This document shows, one piece after another, positions 36,801 through 52,087 of a stretch of DNA of 64,000 nucleotides (within the stretch, counting starts at the first letter, position 1; every line of letters starts with the position of its first letter). Origin of the DNA: Balanoglossus misakiensis. Its lineage: Eukaryota; Animalia; Hemichordata. The translations under genes and the position numbers were made by a program. The stretch covers positions 1,666,699 to 1,730,698 of the forward strand of contig CM082581.2 in NCBI GenBank assembly GCA_040954595.2, given 5' to 3'. The notes below the pieces were generated by a model, which was not told the DNA's origin, searched no databases, and worked only from the letters and a program-made list of their open reading frames with translations.

Positions 36801-39800
36801 GGCGGCAACAAATTCTCAGCCGTTATTTATCCCCTCCCAAGAATGGCGGCAACAAATTCTCTGCTCTCATTTATCCCCTCCCAATAATGGCGGCAATAAA
36901 TTCTCTGCCATCATTTCTCCCCTGTCAAGAATGGAAGCAACAAACTCTCAGCCATCATTTCTCCCCTCCCAAGAATGGTAGCAATAAATTCTCTGCCATC
37001 GTTTCTCCCCTCCCAAGGATGGCGGCAATAAATTCACTGCCATCATTTCTCCCCTCCCAATAATGGCGGCAATAAATTCTCTGCCATCATTTCTCCCCTG
37101 CCATGAATGGAAGCAACAAACTCTCTGCCATCATTTCTCCCCTCCCAAGAATGGCGGCAACAAATTCTCTTCCATCGTGTCTCCCCTCCCAAGGATGGCG
37201 GCAATAAATTCTCTGCCATCGTTTCTCCCCTCCCAATATTGGCGGCAATAAATTCTCTGCAATCATTTCTCCCCTCCCGTGAATGGCAGCAACAAATTCT
37301 CAGCCGTTATTTATCCCCTCCCAAGAATGGCGGCAACAAATTCTCTGCTCTCATTTATCCCCTCCCAATAATAGCGGCAATAAATTCTCTGCCATCATTT
37401 CTCCCCTGCCAAGAATGCAAGCAACAAACTCTCTGCCATCATTTCTCCCCTCCCAAGAATGGTAGCAATAAATTCTCTGCCATCGTTTCTCCCCTCCCAA
37501 GGATGGCGGCAATAAATTCACTGCCATCATTTCTCCCCTCCCAATAATGGCGGCAATAAATTCTCTGCCATCATTTCTCCCCTGCCATGAATGGAAGCAA
37601 CAAATTCTCTGTCATCATTTCTCCCCTCCCGAGAATGGCGGCAACAAACCCTCTGCCATCATTTCTCCCCTCCCAAGAATGGCAGCAATTAATTCTCTGC
37701 CATCGTTTCTCCCCTCCCAAGGATGGCGGCAATAAATTCACTGCCATCATTTCTCCCCTCCCAAGAATGGCAGCATAAATTCACTGCCATCGTTTCAACC
37801 CCTCCCAAGGATGGCGGCCATAAATTCACTGCCATCATTTCTCCCCTCCCAAGGATGGCGGCAATAAATTCACTGCCATCATTTCTCCCCTCCCGTGAAT
37901 GGCGGCAACAAATTCTCAGCCATTAATTATCCCCTCCCAAGAATGGCGGCAACAAATTCTCTGCTCTCATTTCTCCCCTCCCAATAATGGCGGCAATAAA
38001 TTCTCTGCCATCATATTTCCCCTGTCAAGAATGGAAGCAACAAACTCTCAGCCATCATTTCTCCCCTCCCAAGAATGGCAGCAATAAATTCTCTGCCATC
38101 GTTTCTCCCCTCCCAAGGATGGCGGCAATAAATTCACTGCCATTATTTCTCCCCTCCCGTGAATGGCGGCAACAAATTCTCAGCCGTTATTTATCCCCTC
38201 CCAAGAATGGCGGCAACAAATTCTCTGCTCTCATTTATCCCCTCCCAATAATGGCGGCAATAAATTCTCCGCCATCATTTCTCCCCTGCCATGAATGGAA
38301 GCAACAAACTCTCTGCCATCATTTCTCCCCTCCCAAGAATGGCGGCAACAAATTCTCTTCCATCGTTTCTCCCCTCCCAAGGATGGCGGCAATAAATTCA
38401 CTGCCATCATTTCTCCCCTCCCAAGAATGGCAGCATAAATTCTCTGCCATCGTTTCAACCCCTCCCAAGGATGGCGGCCATAAATTTACTGCCATCATTT
38501 CTCCCCTCCCAAGGATGGCGGCAATAAATTCACTGCCATCATTTCTCCCATCCCGTGAATGGCGGCAACAAATTCTCAGCCATTAATTATCCCCTCCCAA
38601 GAATGGCGGCAACAAATTCTCTGCTCTCATTTCTCCCCTCCCAATAATGGCGGCAATAAATTCTCTGCCATCATATTTCCCCTGTCAAGAATGGAAGCAA
38701 CAAACTCTCAGCCATCATTTCTCCCCTCCCAAGAATGGCAGCAATAAATTCTCTGCCATCGTTTCTCCCCTCCCAAGGATGGCGGCAATAAATTCACTGC
38801 CATTATTTCTCCCCTCCCGTGAATGGCGGCAACAAATTCTCAGCCGTTATTTATCCCCTCCCAAGAATGGCGGCAACAAATTCTCTGCTCTCATTTATCC
38901 CCTCCCAATAATGGCGGCAATAAATTCTCTGCCATCATTTCTCCCCTGCCATGAATGGAAGCAACAAACTCTCTGCCATCATTTCTCCCCTCCCAAGAAT
39001 GGCGGCAACAAATTCTCTTCCATCGTTTCTCCCCTCCCAAGGATGGCGGCAATAAATTCACTGCCATCATTTCTCCCCTCCCAAGGATGGCGGCAATAAA
39101 TTCCCTGCTATCATTTCTCCCCTCCCGTGAATGGCGGCAACAAATTCTCAGCCGTTATTTATCCCCTCCCAAGAATGGCGGCAACAAATTCTCTGCTCTC
39201 ATTTATCCCCTCCAAATAATAGCGGCAATAAATTCTCTGCCATCATTTCTCCCCTGCCAAGAATGGAAGCAACAAACTCTCTGCCATCATTTCTCCCCTC
39301 CCAAGAATGGCAGCAATTAATTCTCTGCCATCGTTTCTCCCCTCCCAAGGATGGCGGCAATACATTCCCTGCCATCATTTCTCCCCTCCCAAGGAGGGCG
39401 GCAATAAATTCCCTGCCATCATTTCTCTCCTCCCGTGAATGGCGGCAACAAATTCCCGGCCGTTATTTATCCCCTCCCAAGAATGGCGGCAACAAATTCT
39501 CTGCTCTCGTTTCTCCCTTCCCAATAATGGCGGCAATAAATTCTCTGCCATCATTTCTCCCCTCCCGAGAATGGCGGCAACAAACCCTCTGCCATCATTT
39601 CTCCCCTCCCGAGAATGGCAGCAAAAATTCTCTGCCATTGTTTCACCCCTCCCAAGGATGGCGGCAATAAATTCACTGCGATCATTTCTCCCCTCCCAAG
39701 AATGGCAGCAAAAATTCTCTGCCATCGTTTCTCCCCTCCCAAGGATGGCGGCAATAAATTCCCTGCCATTATTTCTCCCCTCCCGTGAATGGCGGCAACA

Positions 39801-42800
39801 AATTCTCAGCCGTTATTTATCCCCTCCCAAGAATGGCGGCAACAAATTCTCTGCTCTCATTTATCCCCTCCCAATAATGGCGGCAATAAATTCTCTGCCA
39901 TCATTTCTCCCCTCCCAAGAATGGCAGCAACAAATTCTCTTCCATCGTTTTTCCCCTCCCAAGGATGGCGGCAATAAATTCACTGCCATCATTTCTCCCC
40001 TCCCAAGAATGGCAGCATAAATTCACTGCCATCGTTTCAACCCCTCCCAAGGATGGCGGCCATAAATTCACTGCCATCATTTCTCCCCTCCCAAGGATGG
40101 CGGCAATAAATTCACTGCCATCATTTCTCCCCTCCCGTGAATGGCGGCAACAAATTCTCAGCCATTAATTATCCCCTCCCAAGAATGGCGGCAACAAATT
40201 CTCTGCTCTCATTTCTCCCCTCCCAATAATGGCGGCAATAAATTCTCTGCCATCATATTTCCCCTGTCAAGAATGGAAGCAACAAACTCTCAGCCATCAT
40301 TTCTCCCCTCCCACGAATGGCAGCAATAAATTCTCTGCCATCGTTTCTCCCCTCCCAAGGATGGCGGCAATAAATTCACTGCCATTATTTCTCCCCTCCC
40401 GTGAATGGCGGCAACAAATTCTCAGCCGTTATTTATCCCCTCCCAAGAATGGCGGCAACAAATTCTCTGCCATCATTTCTCCCCTGCCATGAATGGAAGC
40501 AACAAACTCTCTGCCATCATTTCTCCCCTCCCAAGAATGGCGGCAACAAATTCTCTGCTCTCATTTATCCCCTCCCAATAATGGCGGCAATAAATTCTCT
40601 GCCATCATTTCTCCCCTGCCATGAATGGAAGCAACAAACTCTCTGCCATCATTTCTCCCCTCCCAAGAATGGCGGCAACAAATTCTCTTCCATCGTTTCT
40701 CCCCTCCCAAGGATGGCGGCAATAAATTCACTGCCATCATTTCTCCCCTCCCAAGAATGGCAGCATAAATTCTCTGCCATCGTTTCAACCCCTCCCAAGG
40801 ATGGCGGCCATAAATTCACTGCCATCATTTCTCCCCTCCCAAGGATGGCGGCAATAAATTCACTGCCATCATTTCTCCCCTCCCGTGAATGGCGGCAACA
40901 AATTCTCAGCCATTAATTATCCCCTCCCAAGAATGGCGGCAACAAATTCTCTGCTCTCATTTCTCCCCTCCCAATAATGGCGGCAATAAATTCTCTGCCA
41001 TCATATTTCCCCTGTCAAGAATGGAAGCAACAAACTCTCAGCCATCATTTCTCCCCTCCCAAGAATGGCAGCAATAAATTCTCTGCCATCGTTTCTCCCC
41101 TCCCAAGGATAGCGGCAATAAATTCACTGCCATTATTTCTCCCCTCCCGTGAATGGCGGCAGCAAATTCTCAGCCGTTATTTATCCCCTCCCAAGAATGG
41201 CGGCAACAAATTCTCTGCTCTCTTTTATCCCCTCCCAATAATGGCGGCAATAAATTCTCTGCCATCATTTCTCCCCTGCCATGAATGGAAGCAACAAACT
41301 CTCTGCCATCATTTCTCCCCTCCCAAGAATGGCGGCAACAAATTCTCTTTCATCGTTTCTCCCCTCCCAAGGATGGCGGCAATAAATTCCCTGCCATCAT
41401 TTCTCCCCTCCCAAGGATGGCGGCAATAAATTCACTGCGATCATTTCTCCCCTCCCAAGAATGGCAGCAAATATTCTCTGCCATCGTTTCTCCCCTCCCA
41501 AGGATGGCGGCAATAAATTCCCTGCCATTATTTCTCTCCTCCCGTGAATGGCGGCAACAAATTCCCAGCCGTTATTTAACCCCCTCCCAAGAATGGCGGC
41601 AACAAATTCTTTGCTCTCATTTCTCCCCTCCCAATAATGGCGGCAATAAATTCTCTGTCATCATTTCTCCCCTCCCGAGAATGGCGGCAACAAACCCTCT
41701 GCCATCATTTCTCCCCTCCCAAGAATGGCAGCAAAAATTCTCTGCCAATGTTTCTCCCCTCCCAAGGATGACGGCAATAAATTCACTGCGATCATTTCTC
41801 CCCTCCCAAGAATGGCAGCAAATATTCTCTGCCATCGTTTCTCCCCTCCCAAGGATGGTGGCAATAAATTCCCTGCCATTATTTCTCCCCTCCCGTGAAT
41901 GGCGGCAACAAATTCTCAGCCGTTATTTATCCCCTCCCAAGAATGGCGGCAACAAATTCTCTGCTCTCATTTATCCCCTCCCAATAATAGCGGCAATAAA
42001 TTCTCTGCCATCATTTCTCCCCTGCCAAGAATGGAAGCAACAAACTCTCTGCCATCATTTCTCCCCTCCCAAGAATGGCAGCAATTAATTCTCTGCCATC
42101 GTTTCTCCCCTCCCAAGGATGGCGGCAATACATTCCCTGCCATCATTTCTCCCCTCCCAAGGAGGGCGGCAATAAATTCCCTGCCATCATTTCTCTCCTC
42201 CCGTGAATGGCGGCAACAAATTCCCGGCCGTTATTTATCCCCTCCCAAGAATGGCGGCAACAAATTCTCTGCTCTCGTTTCTCCCTTCCCAATAATGGCG
42301 GCAATAAATTCTCTGCCATCATTTCTCCCCTCCCGAGAATGGCGGCAACAAACCCTCTGCCATCATTTCTCCCCTCCCGAGAATGGCAGCAAAAATTCTC
42401 TGCCATTGTTTCACCCCTCCCAAGGATGGCGGCAATAAATTCACTGCGATCATTTCTCCCCTCCCAAGAATGGCAGCAAAAATTCTCTGCCATCGTTTCT
42501 CCCCTCCCAAGGATGGCGGCAATAAATTCCCTGCCATTATTTCTCCCCTCCCGTGAATGGCGGCAACAAATTCTCAGCCGTTATTTATCCCCTCCCAAGA
42601 ATGGCGGCAACAAATTCTCTGCTCTCATTTATCCCCTCCCAATAATGGCGGCAATAAATTCTCTGCCATCATTTCTCCCCTCCCAAGAATGGCAGCAACA
42701 AATTCTCTTCCATCGTTTTTCCCCTCCCAAGGATGGCGGCAATAAATTCACTGCCATCATTTCTCCCCTCCCAAGAATGGCAGCATAAATTCACTGCCAT

Positions 42801-45800
42801 CGTTTCAACCCCTCCCAAGGATGGCGGCCATAAATTCACTGCCATCATTTCTCCCCTCCCAAGGATGGCGGCAATAAATTCACTGCCATCATTTCTCCCC
42901 TCCCGTGAATGGCGGCAACAAATTCTCAGCCATTAATTATCCCCTCCCAAGAATGGCGGCAACAAATTCTCTGCTCTCATTTCTCCCCTCCCAATAATGG
43001 CGGCAATAAATTCTCTGCCATCATATTTCCCCTGTCAAGAATGGAAGCAACAAACTCTCAGCCATCATTTCTCCCCTCCCAAGAATGGCAGCAATAAATT
43101 CTCTGCCATCGTTTCTCCCCTCCCAAGGATGGCGGCAATAAATTCACTGCCATTATTTCTCCCCTCCCGTGAATGGCGGCAACAAATTCTCAGCCGTTAT
43201 TTATCCCCTCCCAAGAATGGCGGCAACAAATTCTCTGCCATCATTTCTCCCCTGCCATGAATGGAAGCAACAAACTCTCTGCCATCATTTCTCCCCTCCC
43301 AAGAATGGCGGCAACAAATTCTCTGCTCTCATTTATCCCCTCCCAATAATGGCGGCAATAAATTCTCTGCCATCATTTCTCCCCTGCCATGAATGGAAGC
43401 AACAAACTCTCTGCCATCATTTCTCCCCTCCCAAGAATGGCGGCAACAAATTCTCTTCCATCGTTTCTCCCCTCCCAAGGATGGCGGCAATAAATTCACT
43501 GCCATCATTTCTCCCCTACCAAGAATGGCAGCATAAATTCTCTGCCATCGTTTCAACCCCTCCCAAGGATGGCGGCCATAAATTCACTGCCATCATTTCT
43601 CCCCTCCCAAGGATGGCGGCAATAAATTCACTGCCATCATTTCTCCCCTCCCGTGAATGGCGGCAACAAATTCTCAGCCATTAATTATCCCCTCCCAAGA
43701 ATGGCGGCAACAAATTCTCTGCTCTCATTTCTCCCCTCCCAATAATGGCGGCAATAAATTCTCTGCCATCATATTTCCCCTGTCAAGAATGGAAGCAACA
43801 AACTCTCAGCCATCATTTCTCCCCTCCCAAGAATGGCAGCAATAAATTCTCTGCCATCGTTTCTCCCCTCCCAAGGATGGCGGCAATAAATTCACTGCCA
43901 TTATTTCTCCCCTCCCGTGAATGGCGGCAACAAATTCTCAGCCGTTATTTATCCCCTCCCAAGAATGGCGGCAACAAATTCTCTGCTCTCTTTTATCCCC
44001 TCCCAATAATGGCGGCAATAAATTCTCTGCCATCATTTCTCCCCTGCCATGAATGGAAGCAACAAACTCTCTGCCATCATTTCTCCCCTCCCAAGAATGG
44101 CGGCAACAAATTCTCTTTCATCGTTTCTCCCCTCCCAAGGATGGCGGCAATAAATTCACTGCCATCATTTCTCCCCTCCCAAGGATGGCGGCAATAAATT
44201 CACTGCGATCATTTCTCCCCTCCCAAGAATGGCAGCAAATATTCTCTGCCATCGTTTCTCCCCTCCCAAGGATGGCGGCAATAAATTCCCTGCCATTATT
44301 TCTCTCCTCCCGTGAATGGCGGCAACAAATTCCCAGCCGTTATTTAAACCCCTCCCAAGAATGGCGGCAACAAATTCTTTGCTCTCATTTCTCCCCTCCC
44401 AATAATGGCGGCAATAAATTCTCTGTCATCATTTCTCCCCTCCCGAGAATGGCGGCAACAAACCCTCTGCCATCATTTCTCCCCTCCCAAGAATGGCAGC
44501 AAAAATTCTCTGCCAATGTTTCTCCCCTCCCAAGGATGACGGCAATAAATTCACTGCGATCATTTCTCCCCTCCCAAGAATGGCAGCAAATATTCTCTGC
44601 CATCGTTTCTCCCCTCCCAAGGATGGTGGCAATAAATTCCCTGCCATTATTTCTCCCCTCCCGTGAATGGCGGCAACAAATTCTCAGCCGTTATTTATCC
44701 CCTCCCAAGAATGTCGGCAACAAATTCATTGCTCTCATTTCTCCCCTCCCAATAATGGCGGCAATAAATTCTCTGCCATCATTTCTCCCCTCCCAAGGAT
44801 TGCGGCAATAAATTCACTGCCATCATTTCTCCCCTCCCGTGAATGGCGGCAACAAATTCTCAGCCGTTAATTATCCCCTCCCAAGAATGGCGGCAACAAA
44901 CTCTCAGCCCATCGTTTCTCCCCTCCCAAGGATGGCGGCAATAAATTCACTGCAATCATTGCTCCCCTACCAAGGGGCGGCAATAAATTCCCTGTCATCA
45001 TTTCTCCCCTCCCGTGAATGGCGGCAACAAATTCTCAGCCGTAATTTATCCCCTTCCAAGAATGGCGGCAACAAATTCTCTGCTCTCATTTCTCCCCTCC
45101 AAATAATGGAGGCAATAAATTCTCTGCCATCATTTTTCCCCTGCCAAGAATGTAAGCAACAAACTCTCAGCCGTTATTTCTCCCCTCCCAAGGATGGCGG
45201 CAATAAATTCACTGCAATCATTTCTCCCCTACCAAGGGGCGGCAATAAATTCCCTGCCATCATTTCTCCCCTCCCGTGAATGGCGGCAACAAATTCTCAG
45301 CCGTTATTTATCCCCTCCCAAGAATGGCGGCAACGAATTCTCTGCTCTCATTTCTCCACTCCCAATAATGGCGGCAATAATTTCTCTGCCATCATTTCTC
45401 CCCTGCCAAGAATGGAAGCAATAAATTCTCTGCCATCGTTTCTCCCCTCCCAAGGATGGCGGCAATAAATTCACTGCCATCATTTCTCCCCTCCCAAGGA
45501 TGGCGGCAATAATTTCCCTGCCATCATTTCTCCCCTCCCGTGAATGGCGGCAACAAATTCTCAGCCGTTATTTATCCCCTCCCAAGAATGGCGGCAACAA
45601 ATTCTCTGCTCTCATTTCTCCCGTCCCAATAATGGCGGCAATAAATTCTCTGCCATCATTTCTCCCCTGCCAAGAATGGAAGCAACAAACTCTCTGCCAT
45701 CATTTCTCCCCTCCCAAGAATGGCAGCAATAAATTGTCTGCCATCGTTTCTCCCCTCCCAAGGATGGCGGCAATAAATTCAATGCCATCATTTCTCCCCT

Positions 45801-48800
45801 CCCAAGGATGGCGGCAATAAATTCCCTGCCATCATTTCTCTCCTCCCGTGAATGGCGGCAACAAATTTTCAGCCGTTATTTATCCCCTCCCAAGAATGGC
45901 GGCAACAAATTCTCTGCTCTCATTTCTCCCGTCCCAATAATGGCGGCAATAAATTCTCTGCCATCATTTCTCCCCTCCCGAGAATGGCGGCAACAAACTC
46001 TTTGCCATCATTTCTCCCCTCCCAAGAATGGCAGCAAAAATTCTCTGCCATCGTTTCTCCCCTCCCAAGGATGGCGGCAACAAATTCTCTGCTCTCATTT
46101 ATCCCTTCCCAATAATAGCGGCAATAAATTCTCCGCCATCATTTCTCCCCTGCCAAGAATGGAAGCAACAAACTCTCTGCCATCATTTCTCCCCTCCCAA
46201 GGATGGCGGCAATAAATTCACTGCCATCATTTCTCCCCTCCCGTGAATGGCGGCAACAAATTCTCAGCCGTTAATTATCCCCTCCCAAGAATGGCGGCAA
46301 CAAATTCTCTGCTCTCATTTCTCCCCTCCCAATAATGGCGGCAATAAATTCTCTGCCATCATTTCTCCCCTCCCAAGGATTGCGGCAATAAATTCACTGC
46401 CATCATTTCTCCCCTCCCGTGAATGGCGGCAACAAATTCTCAGCCGTTAATTATCCCCTCCCAAGAATGGCGGCAACAAATTCTCTGCTCTCATTTATCC
46501 CCTCCCAATAATAGCGGCAATAAATTCTCTGCCATCATTTCTCCCCTGCCAAGAATGCAAGCAACAAACTCTCTGCCATCATTTCTCCCCTCCCAAGAAT
46601 GGCGGCAACAAATTCTCAGCCGTAATTTATCCCCTCCCAAGAATGGCGGCAACAAATTCTCTGCTCTCATTTCTCCCCTCCAAATAATGGAGGCAATAAA
46701 TTCTCTGCCATCATTTTTCCCCTGCCAAGAATGTAAGCAACAAACTCTCAGCCGTTATTTCTCCCCTCCCAAGCATGGCGGCAATAAATTCACTGCAATC
46801 ATTTCTCCCCTACCAAGGGGCGGCAATAAATTCCCTGCCATCATTTCTCCCCTCCCGTGAATGGCGGCAACAAATTCTCAGCCGTTATTTATCCCCTCCC
46901 AAGAATGGCGGCAACGAATTCTCTGCTCTCATTTCTCCACTCCCAATAATGGCGGCAATAAATTCTCTGCCATCATTTCTCCCCTGCCAAGAATGGAAGC
47001 AATAAATTCTCTGCCATCGTTTCTCCCCTCCCAAGGATGGCGGCAATAAATTCACTGCCATCATTTCTCCCCTCCCAAGGATGGCGGCAATAATTTCCCT
47101 GCCATCATTTCTCCCCTCCCGTGAATGGCGGCAACAAATTCTCAGCCGTTATTTATCCCCTCCCAAGAATGGCGGCAACAAATTCTCTGCTCTCATTTCT
47201 CCCGTCCCAATAATGGCGGCAATAAATTCTCTGCCATCATTTCTCCCCTGCCAAGAATGGAAGCAACAAACTCTCTGCCATCATTTCTCCCCTCCCAAGA
47301 ATGGCAGCAATAAATTGTCTGCCATCGTTTCTCCCCTCCCAAGGATGGCGGCAATAAATTCAATGCCATCATTTCTCCCCTCCCAAGGATGGCGGCAATA
47401 AATTCCCTGCCATCATTTCTCTCCTCCCGTGAATGGCGGCAACAAATTTTCAGCCGTTATTTATCCCCTCCCAAGAATGGCGGCAACAAATTCTCTGCTC
47501 TCATTTCTCCCGTCCCAATAATGGCGGCAATAAATTCTCTGCCATCATTTCTCCCCTCCCGAGAATGGCGGCAACAAACTCTCTGCCATCATTTCTCCCC
47601 TCCCAAGAATGGCAGCAAAAATTCTCTGCCATCGTTTCTCCCCTCCCAAGGATGGCGGCAACAAATTCTCTGCTCTCATTTATCCCTTCCCAATAATAGC
47701 GGCAATAAATTCTCCGCCATCATTTCTCCCCTGCCAAGAATGGAAGCAACAAACTCTCTGCCATCATTTCTCCCCTCCCAAGAATGGCAGCAATTAATTC
47801 CCCGCCATCGTTTCTCCCCTCCCAAGGATGGCGGCAATAAATTCACTGCCATCATATCTCCCCTCCCAAGAATGGCAGCATAAATTCTCTGCCATCGTTT
47901 CAACCCCTCCCAAGGATGGCGGCAATAAATTCACTGCCATCATTTCTCCCCTCCCAAGGATGGTGGCAATAAATTCACTGCCATCATTTCTCCCCTCCCG
48001 TGAATGGCGGCAACAAATTCTCAGCCGTTAATTATCCCCTCCCAAGAATGGCGGCAACAAATTCTCTGCTCTCATTTCTCCCCTCCCAATAATGGCGGCA
48101 ATAAATTCTCTGCCATCATATTTCCCCTGTCAAGAATGGAAGCAACAAACTCTCTGCCATCATTTCTCCACTCCCAAGAATTGCAGGATTACATTCTCTG
48201 CCATCGTTTCTCCCCTCCCAAGGATGGCGGCAATAAATTCACTGCCATCATTTCTCCCCTCCCAAGGATATCGGCAATAAATTCCCTGCCATCATTTCTC
48301 CCCTCCCGTGAATGGCGGCAACAAATTCTCTGCTCTCATTTCTCCCCTCCCAAGAATGGCAGCAAAAATTCTCTGCCATCGTTTCTCCCCTCCCAAGGAT
48401 GGCGGCAATAAATTCACTGCCATCATTTCTCCCCTCCCATGAATGGCGGCAATAAATTCTCTGCCATCATTTCTCCCCTCCCAAGAATGGCAGCAAAAAT
48501 TCTCTGCCATCGTTTCTCCCCTCCCAAGGATGGCGGCAACAAATTCTCTGCTCTCATTTATCCCCTCCCAATAATGGCGGCAATAAATTCTCTGCCATCA
48601 TTTCCCCCCTGCCATGAATGGAAGCAACAAACTCTCTGCCATCATTTCTCCCCTCCCAAGAATGGCGGCAACAAATTCTCTTCCATCGATTCTCCCCTCC
48701 CAAGGATGGCGGCAATAAATTCTCTGCCATCATTTCTCCCCTCCCAATATTGGCGGCAATAAATTCTCTGCAATCATTTCTCCCCTCCCGTGAATGGCAG

Positions 48801-51800
48801 CAACAAATTCTCAGCCGTTATTTATCCCCTCCCAAGAATGGCGGCAACAAATTCTCTGCTCTCATTTATCCCCTCCCAATAATAGCGGCAATAAATTCTC
48901 TGCCATCATTTCTCCCCTGCCAAGAATGCAAGCAACAAACTCTCTGCCATCATTTCTCCCCTCCCAAGAATGGCAGCAATTAATTCTCTGCCATCGTTTC
49001 TCCCCTCCCAAGGATGGCGGCAATAAATTCACTGCCATCATTTCTCCCCTCCCAAGAATGGCAGCATAAATTCACTGCCATCGTTTCAACCCCTCCCAAG
49101 GATGGCGGCCATAAATTCACTGCCATCATTTCTCCCCTCCCAAGGATGGCGGCAATAAATTCACTGCCATCATTTCTCCCCTCCCAAGGATGGCGGCAAT
49201 AAATTCACTACCATAATTTCTCCCCTCCCAAGGATGGCGGCAATAAATTCTCTGCCATCATTTCTCCCCTCCCGTGAATGGCGGCAACAAATTCTCTGCT
49301 CTCATTTATCCCCTCCCAATAATAGCGGCAATAAATTCTCTGCCATCATTTCTCCCCTGCCAAGAATGGAAGCAACAAACTCTCTGCCATCATTTCTCCC
49401 CTCCCAAGAATGGCAGCAATAAATTCTCTGCCATCGTTTCTCCCCTCCCAAGGATGGCGGCAATAAATTCACTGCCATTATTTCTCCCCTCCCGTGAATG
49501 GCGGCAACAAATTCTCAGCCGTTATTTATCCCCTCCCTAGAATGGCGGCAACAAATTCTCTGCTCTCATTTATCCCCTCCCAATAATGGCGGCAATAAAT
49601 TCTCTGCCATCATTTCTCCCCTGCCATGAATGGAAGCAACAAACTCTCTGCCATCATTTCTCCCCTCCCAAGAATGGCGGCAACAAATTCTCTTCCATCG
49701 TTTCTCCCCTCCCAAGGATGGCGGCAATAAATTCACTACCATCATTTCTCCCCTCCCAAGGATGGCGGCAATAAATTCCCTGCAATCATTTCTCCCCTCC
49801 CGTGAATGGCGGCAACAAATTCTCTGCTCTCATTTATCCCCTCCCAATAATAGCGGCAATAAATTCTCTGCCATCATTTCTCCCCTCCCAAGAATGGCGG
49901 CAACAAATTCTCTTCCATCGTTTCTCCCCTCCCAAGGATGGCGGCAATAAATTCACTACCATCATTTCTCCCCTCCCAAGGATGGCGGCAATAAATTCCC
50001 TGCAATCATTTCTCCCCTCCCGTGAATGGCGGCAACAAATTCTCAGCCGTTATTTATCCCCTCCCAAGAATGGCGGCAACAAATTCTCTGCTCTCATTTA
50101 TCCCCTCCCAAAAATGGCGGCAATAAATTCTCTGCCATCATTTCTCCCCTCCCGAGAATGGCGGCAACAAACCCTCTGCCATCATTTCTCCCCTCCCAAT
50201 AAAGGCAGCAATAAATTCTCTGCCATCGTTTCTCCCCTGCCAAGAATGGCCGCAACAAACTCTCAGCCGTTATTTCTCCCCACCCGAGAATGGCGGCAAC
50301 AAAGTTTACCCTCAGCCCTTATTTCTCCCCTCCCAAGGATGGCGGCAATAAATTCTCTGCCATCATTTCTCCCCTCCCAAGGATGGCGGCAATAAATTCA
50401 CTGCCATCATTTCTCCCCTCCCAAGAATGGCGGCAACATATTCTCTGCTCTCATTTCTCCCCTCCCAATAATTGCGTCAATAAATTCTCTGCCATCATTT
50501 CTCCCCTCCCGAGAATAGCGGCAACAAACTCTCTGTCATTATTTCTCCCCTACCAAGAATGGAAGCAACAAACTCTCTGCCATCATTTCTCCCCTCCCAA
50601 GAATGGCAGCAATTAATTCTCTGTCATCGTTTCTCCCCTCCCAAGGATGGCGGCAATACATTCCCTGCCATCATTTCTCCCCTCCCAAGGAGGGCGGCAA
50701 TAGATTCCCTGCCATCATTTCTCTCCTCCCGTGAATGGCGGCAACAATTTCCCGGCCGTTATTTATCCCCTCCCAAGAATGGCGGCAACAAATTCTCTGC
50801 TCTCATTTCTCCCCTCCCAATAATGGCGGCAATAAATTCTCTGCAATCATTTCTCCCCTCCCGAGAATGGCGGCAACAAACCCTCTGCCATCATTTCTCC
50901 CCTCCCAAGAATGGCAGCAAAAATTCTCTGCCATTGTTTCACCCCTCCCAAGGATGGCGGCAATAAATTCACTGCGATCATTTCTCCCCTCCCAAGAATG
51001 GCAGCAAAAATTCTCTGCCATCGTTTCTCCCCTCCCAAGGATGGCGGCAATAAATTCCCTGCCATTATTTCTCCCCTCCCGTGAATGGCGGCAACAAATT
51101 CTCAGCCGTTATTTATCCCCTCCCAAGAATGGCGGCAACAAATTCTCTGCTCTCATTTATCCCCTCCCAATAATGGCGGCAATAAATTCTCTGCCATCAT
51201 TTCTCACCTGCCATGAATGAAAGCAACAAACTCTCTGCCATCATTTCTCCCCTCCCAAGAATTTCGGCAACAAATTCTCTTTCATCGTTTCTCCCCTCCC
51301 AAGGATGGCGGCAATAAATTCACTGCCATCGTTTCTCCCCTCCCAAGGATGGCGGCAATAAATTCCCTGCAATCATTTCTCCCCTCCCGTGAATGGCGGC
51401 AACAAATTCTCAGCCGTTATTTATCCCCTCCCAAGAATGGCGGCAACAAATTCTCTGCTCTCATTTATCCCCTCCCAAAAATGGCGGCAATAAATTCTCT
51501 GCCATCATTTCTCCCCTCCCGAGAATGGCGGCAACAAACCCTCTGCCATCATTTCTCCCCTCCCAATAAAGGCAGCAATAAATTCTCTGCCATCGTTTCT
51601 CCCCTGCCAAGAATGGCCGCAACAAACTCTCAGCCGTTATTTCTCCCCACCCGAGAATGGCGGCAACAAAGTTTACCCTCAGCCCTTATTTCTCCCCTCC
51701 CAAGGATGGCGGCAATAAATTCTCTGCCATCATTTCTCCCCTCCCAAGGATGGCGGCAATAAATTCACTGCCATCATTTCTCCCCTCCCAAGAATGGCGG

Positions 51801-52087
51801 CAACATATTCTCTGCTCTCATTTCTCCCCTCCCAATAATTGCGTCAATAAATTCTCTGCCATCATTTCTCCCCTCCCGAGAATAGCGGCAACAAACTCTC
51901 TGTCATTATTTCTCCCCTACCAAGAATAGCGGCAATAAATTCCCTGCCATCGTTTCTCCCCTCCCAAGGATGGCGGCAAAAAATTCACTGCCATATTTCT
52001 CCCCTACCAAGGATGGCGGCAATTAATTCCCTGCCATCATTTCTCCCCTCCCGTGAATGGCGGCAACAAAATCTCAGCCGTTATTTA
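30847..52087. repeat. Satellite C, 44-bp monomer, left block
   Basis: The consensus is AATAAATTCTCTGCCATCATTTCTCCCCTCCCAAGGATGGCGGC. ORF starts are offset by multiples of 44. Variants of 42, 43, 45 and 49 bp occur. Confidence 0.97.
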
